This document shows positions 9,254-18,980 of a stretch of DNA of 53,651 bases, one piece after another (the first letter of the stretch is position 1; each line of letters starts with the position of its first letter). A program made the position numbers and the translations under genes. This stretch comes from a virus (taxonomy: Duplodnaviria; Caudoviricetes), in the IMG/VR virus record IMGVR_UViG_3300046837_000247, positions 1 to 53,651 of that record; one strand, 5' to 3'. A model generated the notes under the pieces. That model was not told the DNA's origin. It worked only from the letters and a program-made list of their open reading frames with translations, and did not search any database.

Positions 9254-9618
9254 TGCTCACCCCGGTCATCCTCACGGCCAGCTTCCGCAAGGCCGACGGC
9301 ACGTATGCCGGCGGCTACCTGATCGCCACGCTCTCAGAGCCGATCGTCAACGGCACCGAGGAGGTCGACACTACGCCGCTGCGGGGCCAGCTAAACGCCG
9401 AAGGCGAACTCGTGAACATGCGCGGCGACCCATTCATCCTGGTGGCGAACGAGGACCCCGGCACGGAACCCGTTGGCACCGCCTACGAGATCACGCTGCA
9501 ACTGGATGGAGAGGCTGTGCGCTCCTTCTGGATCAAAGTGCCTACGCCGCTACCGCCGGGAGAAGGAGAAGAACCCAAGCCGGCCACCATCGACCTAGCG
9601 GAACTGGAGACGCCATGA
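9253..9618 (+). CDS. Hypothetical beta-sandwich virion protein
   Basis: LNAEGEL...LVANEDPGTEPVGTAYEI...IDLAEL. Confidence 0.6.
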   Translation: MLTPVILTASFRKADGTYAGGYLIATLSEPIVNGTEEVDTTPLRGQLNAEGELVNMRGDPFILVANEDPGTEPVGTAYEITLQLDGEAVRSFWIKVPTPLPPGEGEEPKPATIDLAELETP

Positions 9619-9944
9619 CCCACGCCTGGTGGTGGCTCATCGTGGACGCCCTAGCGGTCTACCGGCTCACGGTGCTGGTAACGCGCGACGGCGCGACCGA
9701 GGGCCTGCGCAAGCGGCTGGGCCGGCCGTGGCAGATCAAGGACATGACGGGCGTGATGCTGACGCGCCCCGGCGCAGGGCTGCGCTACTGGCTATGGCAG
9801 ATGTGCCTGTGCTCATGGTGCACCTCGGTATGGGTCGCGCTGGGCGCGGTGCTACTAACGCGCTTCTGGCCCAGCGGCTGGCAGTACCCGGCGCTGGTGC
9901 TGGCCTTGTCAGGTGTGGCCGGGTATCTGGAGGAGCGGCGATGA
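9615..9944 (+). CDS. DUF1360-like membrane protein
   Basis: LAVYRLTVLVTRD...CSWCTSVW plus TM helices, just before the portal. Confidence 0.75.
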   Translation: MTHAWWWLIVDALAVYRLTVLVTRDGATEGLRKRLGRPWQIKDMTGVMLTRPGAGLRYWLWQMCLCSWCTSVWVALGAVLLTRFWPSGWQYPALVLALSGVAGYLEERR

Positions 9945-10189
9945 CCGACACCGAGCGGCGCATTCTGCAGTATGTGGCACGCACCAGCGAGAGCAAGCCC
10001 TACGCACCCGGCGGCTGGGTCGTCTACGCCGTGCCGGTGCGCACAGACGGCAGCCAGGCGTGGGAGTGGGACGCCTATAAGCCGCTGGTGGAGCGCGGCC
10101 TGCTCAATCGCGGCGAGGACTGGAAGAACATCTACTTGCGACTGACCGACGCCGGCTGGCGCGCACTCAGCAAGACTAAGGTCGGCTGA
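9941..10189 (+). CDS. Hypothetical protein
   Basis: GGAGGAG SD; LRLTDAGWRAL. Confidence 0.55.
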   Translation: MTDTERRILQYVARTSESKPYAPGGWVVYAVPVRTDGSQAWEWDAYKPLVERGLLNRGEDWKNIYLRLTDAGWRALSKTKVG

Positions 10190-13100
10190 TGGCCCCGTGG
10201 TTCGGCAAACGCCAGAAGCAGCAGGGCATACGTGTCCTGACTGCGGCCGGCAAGCGTATAGACGTAGGCGATCGTCACGAGGCGATGGTCATGCGCGCGT
10301 TGCGCCAGGGCTGGCAGGCCGACGCCTGGAACTACTGGGCCAGCATCGGTGAGATCCACTACGCCGTGAAGTTCTTGGCCAACTGCGCCGCGCGGATGCA
10401 GCTCTACACGGCCGCCTACCCTAACGAAGGGGAGACGGACAAACCGGCGCCGCTGGCCGAGGTGGCTGGCATACCGCCCGAGGTTGCGTCCATAGCCGAG
10501 CAGGCGATGCTCGAGCTAGGGCACGGCAAGCTGGCGCTGGGGCAGATCATGGCGGCGCTCAGCACCAACACGAGCGTGGCCGGCGAGTCGTGGCTGGTGG
10601 GCATACCCGACCCGGTCACAGGCGAGCCGCAGTGGAAGGTGCGCTCGGTCCACGAAATCGTCATCAAGGACGACCGCTGGACGCTGCGGGAGGTGCCGGC
10701 CGACGCACAGGGCATCATCCCGTGGATCACGCTGGACCCGCGCACTACGGTGCTCTCGCGCATCTGGACGCCCTCGCCGCAGTTCAGCAAGCTGGCCGAC
10801 AGCCCGATGCGGGCGATGCTGGACGACTGTGAGAGCCTGCTGATCCTGCGCCGCATGATCCGCGCCGAGGGCCGCTCGCGTCTTGCCACCGCCGGCATCC
10901 TGGTCGTGCCCAACGAGCTGTCGATCAAGGCGCCAACAGACGACAACGCCGACCCACAGGCTGACCCGTTCATGGGGCCGCTGGCTGAAGCGATGATGGA
11001 GCCGATCGCGGATGAGGGCGTGGCGTCGGCCGTGGTGCCCATCGTGGTGCGTGGGCCTGTCGAGGCAGCCAAGGAGCTGCGGCACATAGACATGGCGCGT
11101 AGCTTCGATGCCGAGGCGGGCAAGCTGCGCGAAGAGCTAATCGGCATCATCGCCACGAGCTTCGACCTGCCCAAGGAGGTCATCACGGGCATCGTGGACC
11201 TCAACCATTGGAGTGCGTGGCAGGTAGACGACAACACCTTCCGCCATCACGTAGAGCCGCACGTCATCGAGTGCTGCGACAGCCTCACGGCCGCATACCT
11301 GCGCCCCTACCTCGAAGCCGCTGGTGTAGACGCCACGCTGGCCCGGCGCGTCTGTATTTGGTACGACGCCACCGAGCTGGTCACGCATCCCGATCAGACG
11401 AAGGATGCGCTGGACCTGCACGACCGCCTGGTGATCAGTGACGAGGCCCTGCTGCGCGTGGCCGGGTTCGAGGCCGCCGACAAGCCCGGCAAGCCCGAGT
11501 TGCAGGTGCGGCTGCTCGAGAAGATGCGGACATGGCCACCTAACCTCGTGATGGCCTTCCTCCACGCTTGGGATCCCACGCTGGTGGCGCCGTCCATGAC
11601 CGGCCCGCCCGCGATCCCCGGCATAGGCCCCGGTGGCGTGGAGGCCCCCGAACCACCCCCCGGCACGCCTCCCGCGGCCGGCGCAGCCCCCTCTCCGCCG
11701 GCACAGCCGGGGGGTGGACTCCCTTCGCCGGCCACGGCACCGCCGGGGCACAACGGCACGCCGCCGATGCAACGGCAACTGCCGGCGCCGCCCACGACGG
11801 CCAGCGGCGGGTTGGAGGCCGTCGCTACTGTGCTGGCCGCAGACCCAGAGCGGGCAGAGCAACTGCTGGAGCTGCTGGCCCATGCGCCCATCGCGCACAA
11901 GGCTGACGCGGCTGCGCCCGGCGAAGGCTCCACAGCGCCCGAAGGTGCCAGCGAAGAAGTGCCCACTGAACCCGTGACGCTGACGCCCGAAGAAACGGAA
12001 CAGGCCGAAGCGGCGCTGCGGGAATACGAAACCAAGACGGACGCCGAACGGGAAAAAGAACGAGAAGAAGCCGAAAAGGCAGGCGAACCGGAACCGGGTG
12101 ACGCACCGCCCACGGCACCACCAGGCGGCACGATCCAGGACCTCCACCCGCGCATACAGCGCGAATGGGCACAGCGGGCCACGCGCGGCGCCAAGCAGCG
12201 CCACCACGCCAAGCCTAAGGCCCACAAGGGCGAGAAACGAGGCAAGGGCGGGCGCTTCGAGCCGCTAACGGCCGCCGGCAAGCGCCGCGGCAAGGGCCTG
12301 CGCACGTCACAGCGCCTGGTCGCCATAGACCAGGACCTGCGCGCCCGGCTGCAGGTGGCGGCCAATGCGGCGATGCTGCGGCAGCTAGAACGCGCCGGCC
12401 AGCGCCTGCGCAAGAGCGTGGCGCGCGACGAGCGGGCGCGCGGGAAGATTGCGCACAAGTCGACCTATCTTGTGGCGGCGGCTCTTGGTCCAGCTGGGGT
12501 CGCCGCCACAGGGCTCACACCCACGGACCTGCTGGGCCGCGACTGGAACGGGCTTAAGGCCCAGTTCGAGGAGTGGGTTGCCGCAGCCCAGCAGCAGGCC
12601 GTGCGGCTGGCCCTCGGCCTGGTAGACCCGCCCAAGGAGGTCGTGAAGGCAGCCGAAGCCCGGCTCGAGGAGCAGCGCGCGCTCGCCTGGCGATCGCTGG
12701 CCGCCGAGCTATCGCAGCTGGCCGAACGCCTGCTCTACCACCCGCACCCCGACGACGAAGGGCCGGCCAACCCAAACACGCTGGTGCCGACGGGCGTGCT
12801 GCGCCGTGCGCTGGCCATTGCCGGCGGGGCCAAGCCGCGTGTCCTGACCGCTGCAGGCGAGGGCGAAGTGAATGAAGGCGCCGTGGCAACGATGCCCACG
12901 GAGGGCGTGGACGTGGTGCTGGCCGGCGACGAACCCAGCGAAGGCGGCAGCGTGTCGGTGGGCGTGGGCCAGATCGGCACGGGCGAAGCGGTGGGCGACC
13001 TGATCGAAGCCGGCGGCGGCGGGCAGGAGGGCTGGGAATGGGTGCATGGCCCGGCGCTCAACCCCTTCGAGCCGCACGTGGACCTGGATGGCACGACGTT

Positions 13101-13650
13101 CGTCTCTTTCGACGACGAAGCCCTAGCCAACACGGGCGACTTCCCAGACAACGAGTTCTACATGCCGGGCGACCACGATGGCTGCACGTGCGACTACATG
13201 CCGGTGCTGCTGGCGCCCGACGAAGTGCCAGCAGCCGAAGGGGGACCAAGTTGGGAGGACGCGGTGGCGATGGTGGCACAGGCCAACGAGGGCACGTCCT
13301 ATGGTACGGCCAACGCCGAGGTCCATGCGGCATCAACGACAACCGACCACCCGCAGTTCTTCTACCATCAGAGCAAGGCCAGCAACCGAGAGTCGATCGA
13401 CGCCACAGGGCTTGAGGCCAATCGATCTCTCGGCGGCAAGACGACTCGCATATACCTTGCGGAAGAGCGGCCCGTGTTGGTGGCTCGCAGTGACAGCGCC
13501 CCGAAAGACCTCTACCGAATTGACACCGCTGGCCTGCCCCTGCGACCCGACCCAGAGCTGCCCGGCAAGTGGGCCATAGCTGAACAGGACATTGCTGCTG
13601 CCCGCCTCAATCTCATAGGCACAACACACCCCGACGGTCTGCCGGGGTAA
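10189..13650 (+). CDS. Portal protein fused to a MuF-like head domain and a C-terminal ADP-ribosyltransferase-like (Tpt1/KptA-type) domain
   Basis: Portal motifs WQADAW...IGE, IWTPSP...ADSP, NHWSAWQV; MuF-like PFEPHVDLDG...PGDHDGCTC; tail YHQS...SIDATGL...IYLA...RID. Confidence 0.85.
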   Translation: MAPWFGKRQKQQGIRVLTAAGKRIDVGDRHEAMVMRALRQGWQADAWNYWASIGEIHYAVKFLANCAARMQLYTAAYPNEGETDKPAPLAEVAGIPPEVASIAEQAMLELGHGKLALGQIMAALSTNTSVAGESWLVGIPDPVTGEPQWKVRSVHEIVIKDDRWTLREVPADAQGIIPWITLDPRTTVLSRIWTPSPQFSKLADSPMRAMLDDCESLLILRRMIRAEGRSRLATAGILVVPNELSIKAPTDDNADPQADPFMGPLAEAMMEPIADEGVASAVVPIVVRGPVEAAKELRHIDMARSFDAEAGKLREELIGIIATSFDLPKEVITGIVDLNHWSAWQVDDNTFRHHVEPHVIECCDSLTAAYLRPYLEAAGVDATLARRVCIWYDATELVTHPDQTKDALDLHDRLVISDEALLRVAGFEAADKPGKPELQVRLLEKMRTWPPNLVMAFLHAWDPTLVAPSMTGPPAIPGIGPGGVEAPEPPPGTPPAAGAAPSPPAQPGGGLPSPATAPPGHNGTPPMQRQLPAPPTTASGGLEAVATVLAADPERAEQLLELLAHAPIAHKADAAAPGEGSTAPEGASEEVPTEPVTLTPEETEQAEAALREYETKTDAEREKEREEAEKAGEPEPGDAPPTAPPGGTIQDLHPRIQREWAQRATRGAKQRHHAKPKAHKGEKRGKGGRFEPLTAAGKRRGKGLRTSQRLVAIDQDLRARLQVAANAAMLRQLERAGQRLRKSVARDERARGKIAHKSTYLVAAALGPAGVAATGLTPTDLLGRDWNGLKAQFEEWVAAAQQQAVRLALGLVDPPKEVVKAAEARLEEQRALAWRSLAAELSQLAERLLYHPHPDDEGPANPNTLVPTGVLRRALAIAGGAKPRVLTAAGEGEVNEGAVATMPTEGVDVVLAGDEPSEGGSVSVGVGQIGTGEAVGDLIEAGGGGQEGWEWVHGPALNPFEPHVDLDGTTFVSFDDEALANTGDFPDNEFYMPGDHDGCTCDYMPVLLAPDEVPAAEGGPSWEDAVAMVAQANEGTSYGTANAEVHAASTTTDHPQFFYHQSKASNRESIDATGLEANRSLGGKTTRIYLAEERPVLVARSDSAPKDLYRIDTAGLPLRPDPELPGKWAIAEQDIAAARLNLIGTTHPDGLPG

Positions 13651-13671
13651 GCCCGTACCATAGGAGGCACC

Positions 13672-15810
13672 ATGAGCCAGAAGACACGCACCGAGCTGAT
13701 CGCCTCCTACGGGTACGGCGACGAGGCGGCCAGCCTGGCCGAGGCGCCCGCGCCGCCCAACCCCGAGCCCGCCGAGGCCGGCGACGAGGGCCAGATCCTT
13801 GCCGCCATCGAAGCCGCCATCGCCGCACAGGAAGCAGACGAGGATGTGGCCACGGACCCAAACGACGCCAAGACCTTGGACCTGTTGAAGCAGGCACTGG
13901 AGGCACACCTAGCGGACGTGGCAGCAGAGGCCCCACAAGCGGCGCCTCCCGCCAAGGCAGCACCGCCCGTGGGCACCCCTAAAGGGCCGGCCAAGCCAGC
14001 GGCGCACGCAGCGGCTGGCGTGTGCACGATGTGCGGCGGCAGCGGCAAGACGAGCGAGGGCAAGGTCTGCGCGATGTGCAACGGCAGCGGCAAGCTAGCC
14101 CTGACGCCCGGCCCGGAGGCGCCGGGGAAAGCCAAGATGCCAACCCAAGCACAGGCCGACAAGAAAGGCCCGGAAAACGGCGACGTCTGCCAGAACCAGG
14201 ACTGCGGGCACACGGCCGCGATGCACGCCAACGAACAGGGCGGCGACAACGTAGGCGCGTGCACGGCGCCGGACTGCAAGTGCCCGAACTTCCAGACGGA
14301 AGAAGAAGCGTCGTCCGGTGAACCCGGCACGCCCAACCTGCAGGCAGCCATGCCCGGCACACCGCCTGGCGCGGCGCCCACCGAGGGCGAGCCCAAGACG
14401 CAGCAGAACGCACCGCCGCCAGTCGAAGGAGGAGAAAACATGGGCGCATCGTTCGTCATTCCCGTGGGCATCATCGAGGGCCAGGAGACGGGCGACGGCA
14501 GGATGATCGCGCCGGGCGCCCTCACGTGGCGCGAGCCGCCGATGCCGCTCATGCTGCTCACGACCAGCCCGCACGACCCCAGCGGCATGTCGCCCAACGA
14601 CCCGGCTGTGATCGCCGGCCGCATCGACAGCCTCGAGCGCGTCGACGGCGAGGGCGGCACGCAGGTGATCTGCGCCAAGGGCTTCTGCCTGCCCAACGAG
14701 GACGGCCAGCAGCTGGCGCAGCTCTGCGAGTCGATGGGCCGGCTGGGCGTTAGCGGCGACGTGGCCGTGGACGCCACCGAGATCACGGGTGTGGAGATGG
14801 ACCCGGATATGCCGGGCCTGCCGCTGAACATGAACGAGCAGATCACCGAGGGCACCATCATGGGCTTCACGGCCTGCCCGTTCCCGGCGTTCGAGGGCGC
14901 CTACATGGTGCTGGGCGACGGCACCGAGGAGGCGCCCGCGGCCATAGCGCAGCGCAGCCCCGAGAAGTCGGCGGAAGCCAAGCAGACGCCGCCCCTGGCC
15001 GCCTCAATCCACTTCATGGCTTACGAGGAGTGCGTGCCCTGCCAGGAGGGCTTCGACATCATCACGGCGGCCGGTGGCCCGGTGCGCCCGCCCGCGGCGT
15101 GGTTCGCAGACCCGGACTTCGTGGTGGGAGACGACCGGCTGGTGGAGATCCTGGACAAGCGCGGCAACGGCGACGCCTACGCCTGCCCGCTCACCGTCAC
15201 CGAGGATGGCCGGGTGTACGGGCACATCGCCCCGTGGGGCGTCTGCCACACCGGCAAGCTCGGCACGTGCGTGACGGCGCCGCACACGACCACCGACTAC
15301 GCCTACTTCCGGCTGGGCGAGATCCAGACGGCCGAGGGCGAGCACATCAAGGTGGGCAAGCTGACGGCCGACGTAGGCCACGCCACCACACAGCCGGGCG
15401 TCATGGGCTTCACGGCTCCCGAGGCGATCGCCCACTACGACAACAGCGCCCTGCAGGTGGCCTACGTAAACATCGGCGAGGACGAGTTCGGCATCTGGGT
15501 GGCCGGCGCCGTGGCGCCCACGGCCACCGAAGAGCAGGTGCAGAAGCTCCGGGCATCGAGCATCAGCGGCGACTGGCGCGGCATCGGCGGCAAGCCTGAG
15601 CTGGTGGCGGCCCTGTGCGTGAACCAGCCGGGCTTCCCGCTGGCCGTCGTGGCGCACGGGCAGCAGGCGCTGGTGGCTGCCGGCGCGTCGGTGATGGCGC
15701 ACCTGAAGGACCCGCGGCCCAGCGCCACGGGCCTGCCTCAGTGGGCCGAGGGTCCGCTGCTCGAGCTGGCCGCGCAGCGTGCGCGCGAGCGCGTGCAAGC
15801 ACTCGGCTAA
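13672..15810 (+). CDS. Capsid maturation protease-like protein with N-terminal Zn fingers
   Basis: ETGDGR...GALTW...GRID; GRVYGHIAPWGVCH, HYDN, GEDEFGIWVAG, SGDWR, VNQPGFP; lies between portal and capsid genes. Confidence 0.75.
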   Translation: MSQKTRTELIASYGYGDEAASLAEAPAPPNPEPAEAGDEGQILAAIEAAIAAQEADEDVATDPNDAKTLDLLKQALEAHLADVAAEAPQAAPPAKAAPPVGTPKGPAKPAAHAAAGVCTMCGGSGKTSEGKVCAMCNGSGKLALTPGPEAPGKAKMPTQAQADKKGPENGDVCQNQDCGHTAAMHANEQGGDNVGACTAPDCKCPNFQTEEEASSGEPGTPNLQAAMPGTPPGAAPTEGEPKTQQNAPPPVEGGENMGASFVIPVGIIEGQETGDGRMIAPGALTWREPPMPLMLLTTSPHDPSGMSPNDPAVIAGRIDSLERVDGEGGTQVICAKGFCLPNEDGQQLAQLCESMGRLGVSGDVAVDATEITGVEMDPDMPGLPLNMNEQITEGTIMGFTACPFPAFEGAYMVLGDGTEEAPAAIAQRSPEKSAEAKQTPPLAASIHFMAYEECVPCQEGFDIITAAGGPVRPPAAWFADPDFVVGDDRLVEILDKRGNGDAYACPLTVTEDGRVYGHIAPWGVCHTGKLGTCVTAPHTTTDYAYFRLGEIQTAEGEHIKVGKLTADVGHATTQPGVMGFTAPEAIAHYDNSALQVAYVNIGEDEFGIWVAGAVAPTATEEQVQKLRASSISGDWRGIGGKPELVAALCVNQPGFPLAVVAHGQQALVAAGASVMAHLKDPRPSATGLPQWAEGPLLELAAQRARERVQALG

Positions 15811-15939
15811 ACGCCCTCGCACAAAGTCTCGGCGGATCGCTGTCAAGCGAACATTTATGTTGGCTTGCTAGTGCGGTTTTCGGCTGCGGGGTTTCCGCAA
15901 AGGCCCTGCAAAGGCACAAAGTCCAGAATCGGCGTTTAG

Positions 15940-15999
15940 TAGAATTCGTGTACGGCGCGGAAGAAGTTACCCGCCGTGCGGACCTTGACAACTGCATAG
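15940..15999 (+). promoter_or_regulatory. -10 TAGAAT, leader hairpin and boxA-like CTTGACAACTGCATAG
   Basis: TAGAAT 15940-45; GTACGGCG/CGCCGTGC stem; motif 15984-15999. Confidence 0.45.
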
Positions 16000-16025
16000 C
16001 CCGAGCGCTGAAAGGAGGGCCAGCC

Positions 16026-16589
16026 ATGGCCCGTGACAGCCAGCGGTCGAAGGTGTACGCAGCGGAGCGTGCCGCGTTCCCGCAGCGCAACGAAAACCTG
16101 ACCACCGCAGAGGCGCAGGCGATAATCGACAAGTGGTCGTCCAGCGCCTACCTACGCAAGCGCTACCCACGTGCTGCGTACCCACTGGAAGTACGCGATG
16201 GCCGCGGTCGCAGGAACGCCGCCTACCTGGGGCACTACAGCCCGAGCGAAAACGGCTACCTAAGCCACGGCCGCTACGCCATTGCGATACCGAAGTGGGG
16301 GCGCTCCAAGTGGGTGCTAGCCCACGAGTTCGCGCATCACCTCGTCGGCATGAGGGATGGTGCGTGGCACGACTGGAAGTTCGTCGAGGCATATCTGTAC
16401 GTCGTGCGGGTGTTCCTCGGCAAGGGCACTGAAGAGACGCTCAAGGCCGAGATGAAGGCCCGGCGCGTGAAGTGGCGCAAGCCAGTGAAGCGCCAGATGA
16501 CGGACGAGCAACGGCAGGCTGCCCGCGAGCGAATGCTCGCGATGCACGCCACCGGAGCACTCAGCAAGAAGAACGGCCCCGACGCCTAA
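16026..16589 (+). CDS. HEXXH metallopeptidase-like protein (Rv0185/SprT-like)
   Basis: RDSQRSKVYAAE start; VLAHEFAHH...HDWKF; AAAGGAGG SD. Confidence 0.8.
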   Translation: MARDSQRSKVYAAERAAFPQRNENLTTAEAQAIIDKWSSSAYLRKRYPRAAYPLEVRDGRGRRNAAYLGHYSPSENGYLSHGRYAIAIPKWGRSKWVLAHEFAHHLVGMRDGAWHDWKFVEAYLYVVRVFLGKGTEETLKAEMKARRVKWRKPVKRQMTDEQRQAARERMLAMHATGALSKKNGPDA

Positions 16590-16605
16590 ACGCCGAGGCC
16601 GCAAC

Positions 16606-16857
16606 CTACCCTACACACACGCAGAATGATAGCCGCTCGGGCTGTGCAGTTGTTTGGTCTGCGCTACGGCGCCCGGCGTCGGGACGCACCGCCGCCCGGC
16701 GGTCTGTGCCCAGCCGGCGCTCGACCTCGGCCAGCGCCACCAGCCACTCGCCGGTCGCCCGGTGGGCCAGCTCCTCGGTTGGATTGGTCTCTAGCGGTCT
16801 CATGGCGGGCATCCCGCGCAGAACCTCGAGCGCATCACCGGCGATGATCTCAGCCAC
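16606..16857 (-). CDS. Hypothetical protein; N-terminus resembles an amino-methyltransferase start
   Basis: VAEIIAGDALEVLRGMP; overlaps the stop of the upstream minus-strand gene. Confidence 0.4.
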   Translation of the reverse strand: MAEIIAGDALEVLRGMPAMRPLETNPTEELAHRATGEWLVALAEVERRLGTDRRAAVRPDAGRRSADQTTAQPERLSFCVCVG

Positions 16858-17029
16858 GGGTAGCCTCTGGCCACACCACGCCATCGGTCTCGGCTGCGGC
16901 CTTGATGGCCTCCCGCATGCAGGCGTCCTTGGCCTTCTCTGCGTCGCCGAAGTGATCGACCCACACCTCGGCGTTGTAGGCTCGCCAGGCGTCGCGTATG
17001 GCTGCGGGGCTGGGGCTGGGGCTAGGCAT
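16850..17029 (-). CDS. Hypothetical protein (59 aa)
   Basis: AAGGAGG SD and motif promoter F upstream. Confidence 0.65.
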   Translation of the reverse strand: MPSPSPSPAAIRDAWRAYNAEVWVDHFGDAEKAKDACMREAIKAAAETDGVVWPEATRG

Positions 17030-17041
17030 CGTGGCCTCCTT

Positions 17042-17068
17042 CGGGTTCGGGTCTGCACATCTTAGCGC
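17042..17068 (-). promoter_or_regulatory. Motif promoter F (-10 TAAGAT, leader ACCCGAACCCG)
   Basis: Minus strand reads gcgcTAAGATgtgcagACCCGAACCCGaaggagg; back-to-back with a plus-strand TGcTACGCT at 17075-83. Confidence 0.65.
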
Positions 17069-17185
17069 CACCCGTGCTACGCTTGCGACATCGGCGCCAT
17101 AGGCGCAACGCCCCGCACAGTAGGCCATCGGCCCCGCGGAGCTTAGGTTCTACATACCTTTCGAGCACCGAAGGAGCCGATCACG

Positions 17186-18937
17186 ATGGATGCGATTCGC
17201 GAGCTGCTAGGACGGCTCAACGCGCTTACCGCGGAGGAGCTTGCGGACCTCCGTCAGAAAATCACAGAGGAGTTCAACGGCCTCGAGCCGGCCGACGGCG
17301 AGCAGGTAACGCCCGAGATCGCGCAGGCCATGACCGAGCTACGCGAAGCCGCCGACCAGGTCCTGGCCGAGAGCGGCGCACGCGACGAGGCGCAGGCGGC
17401 GGCCGAACAGGCAGCCGAAGCGGCACGCGAGGGCGTGCGCGCGCTGGCGCCGCCCGAGGAGCCCGAGGCCGAAGCCGAGCCAGAAGAGGCAGAGCCCGAG
17501 CCCGAGGCAGAGCCGACGGGCGAGACCGAGGCAGAGGCCCCACAGCCCGAGCCCGTGGCCGCCAGCGGCCAGCGCCTCGCCAGGATGGCGCAGCGCCAGG
17601 CCAAGGCCGCGCCCAGCCCCGAGGTATCCGTGCCCGACACCAAGCGTGGCACGCTGGTAGCAGCTGGCTCGCTGTCAAGCTCGCTCCCACAGGGCAGCGA
17701 GATCCACACGCGCGGCGAGCTGGCCGAGGCGTTCTGCGACACGCTGCAGCGCCTCTCCCGGCAGGGGCCGGCTAAAGGCAACGTCCTAGTTGCCTCCTCG
17801 ACGTTCGAGTACCCCGAGGAGCGGCGCCTGACCGAGGACCCGTTCCGCAACACCGAGATGGTGCTGCGCGAGTGCGGGCCGGCGGCCAAAGGCATCGACC
17901 CGGCGACGGGCGCAGAGGCCCTCGTGGCGACCGGCGGTATCTGCCTCCCGGTGAACGTCGACTACGCCGTGCCCACGTGGGCGACGGCGGAGCGGCCGGT
18001 GCGCGATGCGCTGCCGGCGTTCCAGGCGACCCGCGGCGGCATCCGCTTCGTCATCCCGCCGGACATCAGCACGTGGGAAGCCGCGACAGGGATCTGGACC
18101 GAGGCGACGGACGCCTCGCCGGGCGTCGAAGTGAAGCCCGTTGTGGCCCTGACGTGCGGGACCGAGGAACTCGTCTACGTCGAGGCCATCTCGACCCGGC
18201 TGGGCTTCGGCAACATGCAGAGCCGGTTCGCTCCCGAGCAGGTGGCGGCCAACACGGACGTGGCCATTGCGGCTGCGGCACGGGTGGCCGAGAACAACCT
18301 GCTCAACCTGATCGCAGAAACGTGCGTGAAAGGCGTCACGGCCGGCACGGCCTCGCAACTGGGCACGGTGCGGGAACTCCTATCCTCGGTGCTGCCGTTG
18401 CTCTGCAGCCAGCAGAAGCAGCTGCACAGGCTCTCCGACGACCAGGCGTTCTCGTTCATCCTGCCCCGCTGGCTCCGTAACGAGATCAAAGCGGACCTGG
18501 CCCGCGAGGCGGCGCACGTCTACGCACCGGGCCGCGATGCGCTGTGCGTATCGGACGCCGACGTGGACGCGCTGTTCGCGCCCTACAACGTGCGGCCGAT
18601 CTGGCACTTCGACGGGCAGACGGCGGCGGTGGAAGGCGGCGTGAGCCAGATCTTCGTCGCCCCGGCCAAAGCGGCCATCAAGCCGTTCCCGACCAAAGTG
18701 GTGGGCTACTTCTTCGTCGAGGGGGCCATCCAGTTCCTCGACGCGGGACGGCTCGACCTCGGCGTGGTGCGCGACAGCACCCTGGACGCCACGAACGACT
18801 ACGAGACGTTCGTGGAGACCTTCGAGGGCATCGCGAAACGCAGCTACGCCAACGGCGCGCTCCAGACGGTGATGACCTTCGAGTCGACCGGCACGGCTGC
18901 GGCGCCCCTGGACATGAAAGGCAAACCGCCCGCCTGA
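17186..18937 (+). CDS. Major capsid protein (hexamer type) with N-terminal scaffolding domain
   Basis: Coiled-coil/acidic N-terminus; ALVATGGICLP, LPAFQATRGGIRF, LDLGVVRDSTL..TNDY..FVETFEG. Confidence 0.88.
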   Translation: MDAIRELLGRLNALTAEELADLRQKITEEFNGLEPADGEQVTPEIAQAMTELREAADQVLAESGARDEAQAAAEQAAEAAREGVRALAPPEEPEAEAEPEEAEPEPEAEPTGETEAEAPQPEPVAASGQRLARMAQRQAKAAPSPEVSVPDTKRGTLVAAGSLSSSLPQGSEIHTRGELAEAFCDTLQRLSRQGPAKGNVLVASSTFEYPEERRLTEDPFRNTEMVLRECGPAAKGIDPATGAEALVATGGICLPVNVDYAVPTWATAERPVRDALPAFQATRGGIRFVIPPDISTWEAATGIWTEATDASPGVEVKPVVALTCGTEELVYVEAISTRLGFGNMQSRFAPEQVAANTDVAIAAAARVAENNLLNLIAETCVKGVTAGTASQLGTVRELLSSVLPLLCSQQKQLHRLSDDQAFSFILPRWLRNEIKADLAREAAHVYAPGRDALCVSDADVDALFAPYNVRPIWHFDGQTAAVEGGVSQIFVAPAKAAIKPFPTKVVGYFFVEGAIQFLDAGRLDLGVVRDSTLDATNDYETFVETFEGIAKRSYANGALQTVMTFESTGTAAAPLDMKGKPPA

Positions 18938-18980
18938 TCGGATACAGGCAAACGGGTAACGGCAAAGGAGGGAGATCGGT

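Noticed and set aside
14020-14090. DnaJ chaperone suggested by two CxxCxGxG repeats
   Set aside because: No J-domain/HPD motif; it is an isolated Zn finger within the protease N-terminus
11137-14870. Long minus-strand ORFs opposite structural genes
   Set aside because: Shadow ORFs typical of high-GC coding DNA, with no motifs or SD
15847-15866. LexA box or dif site (CGAACATTTATGTTG)
   Set aside because: Spacing is GAAC-N6, not N4, and only a partial XerD-like half is present
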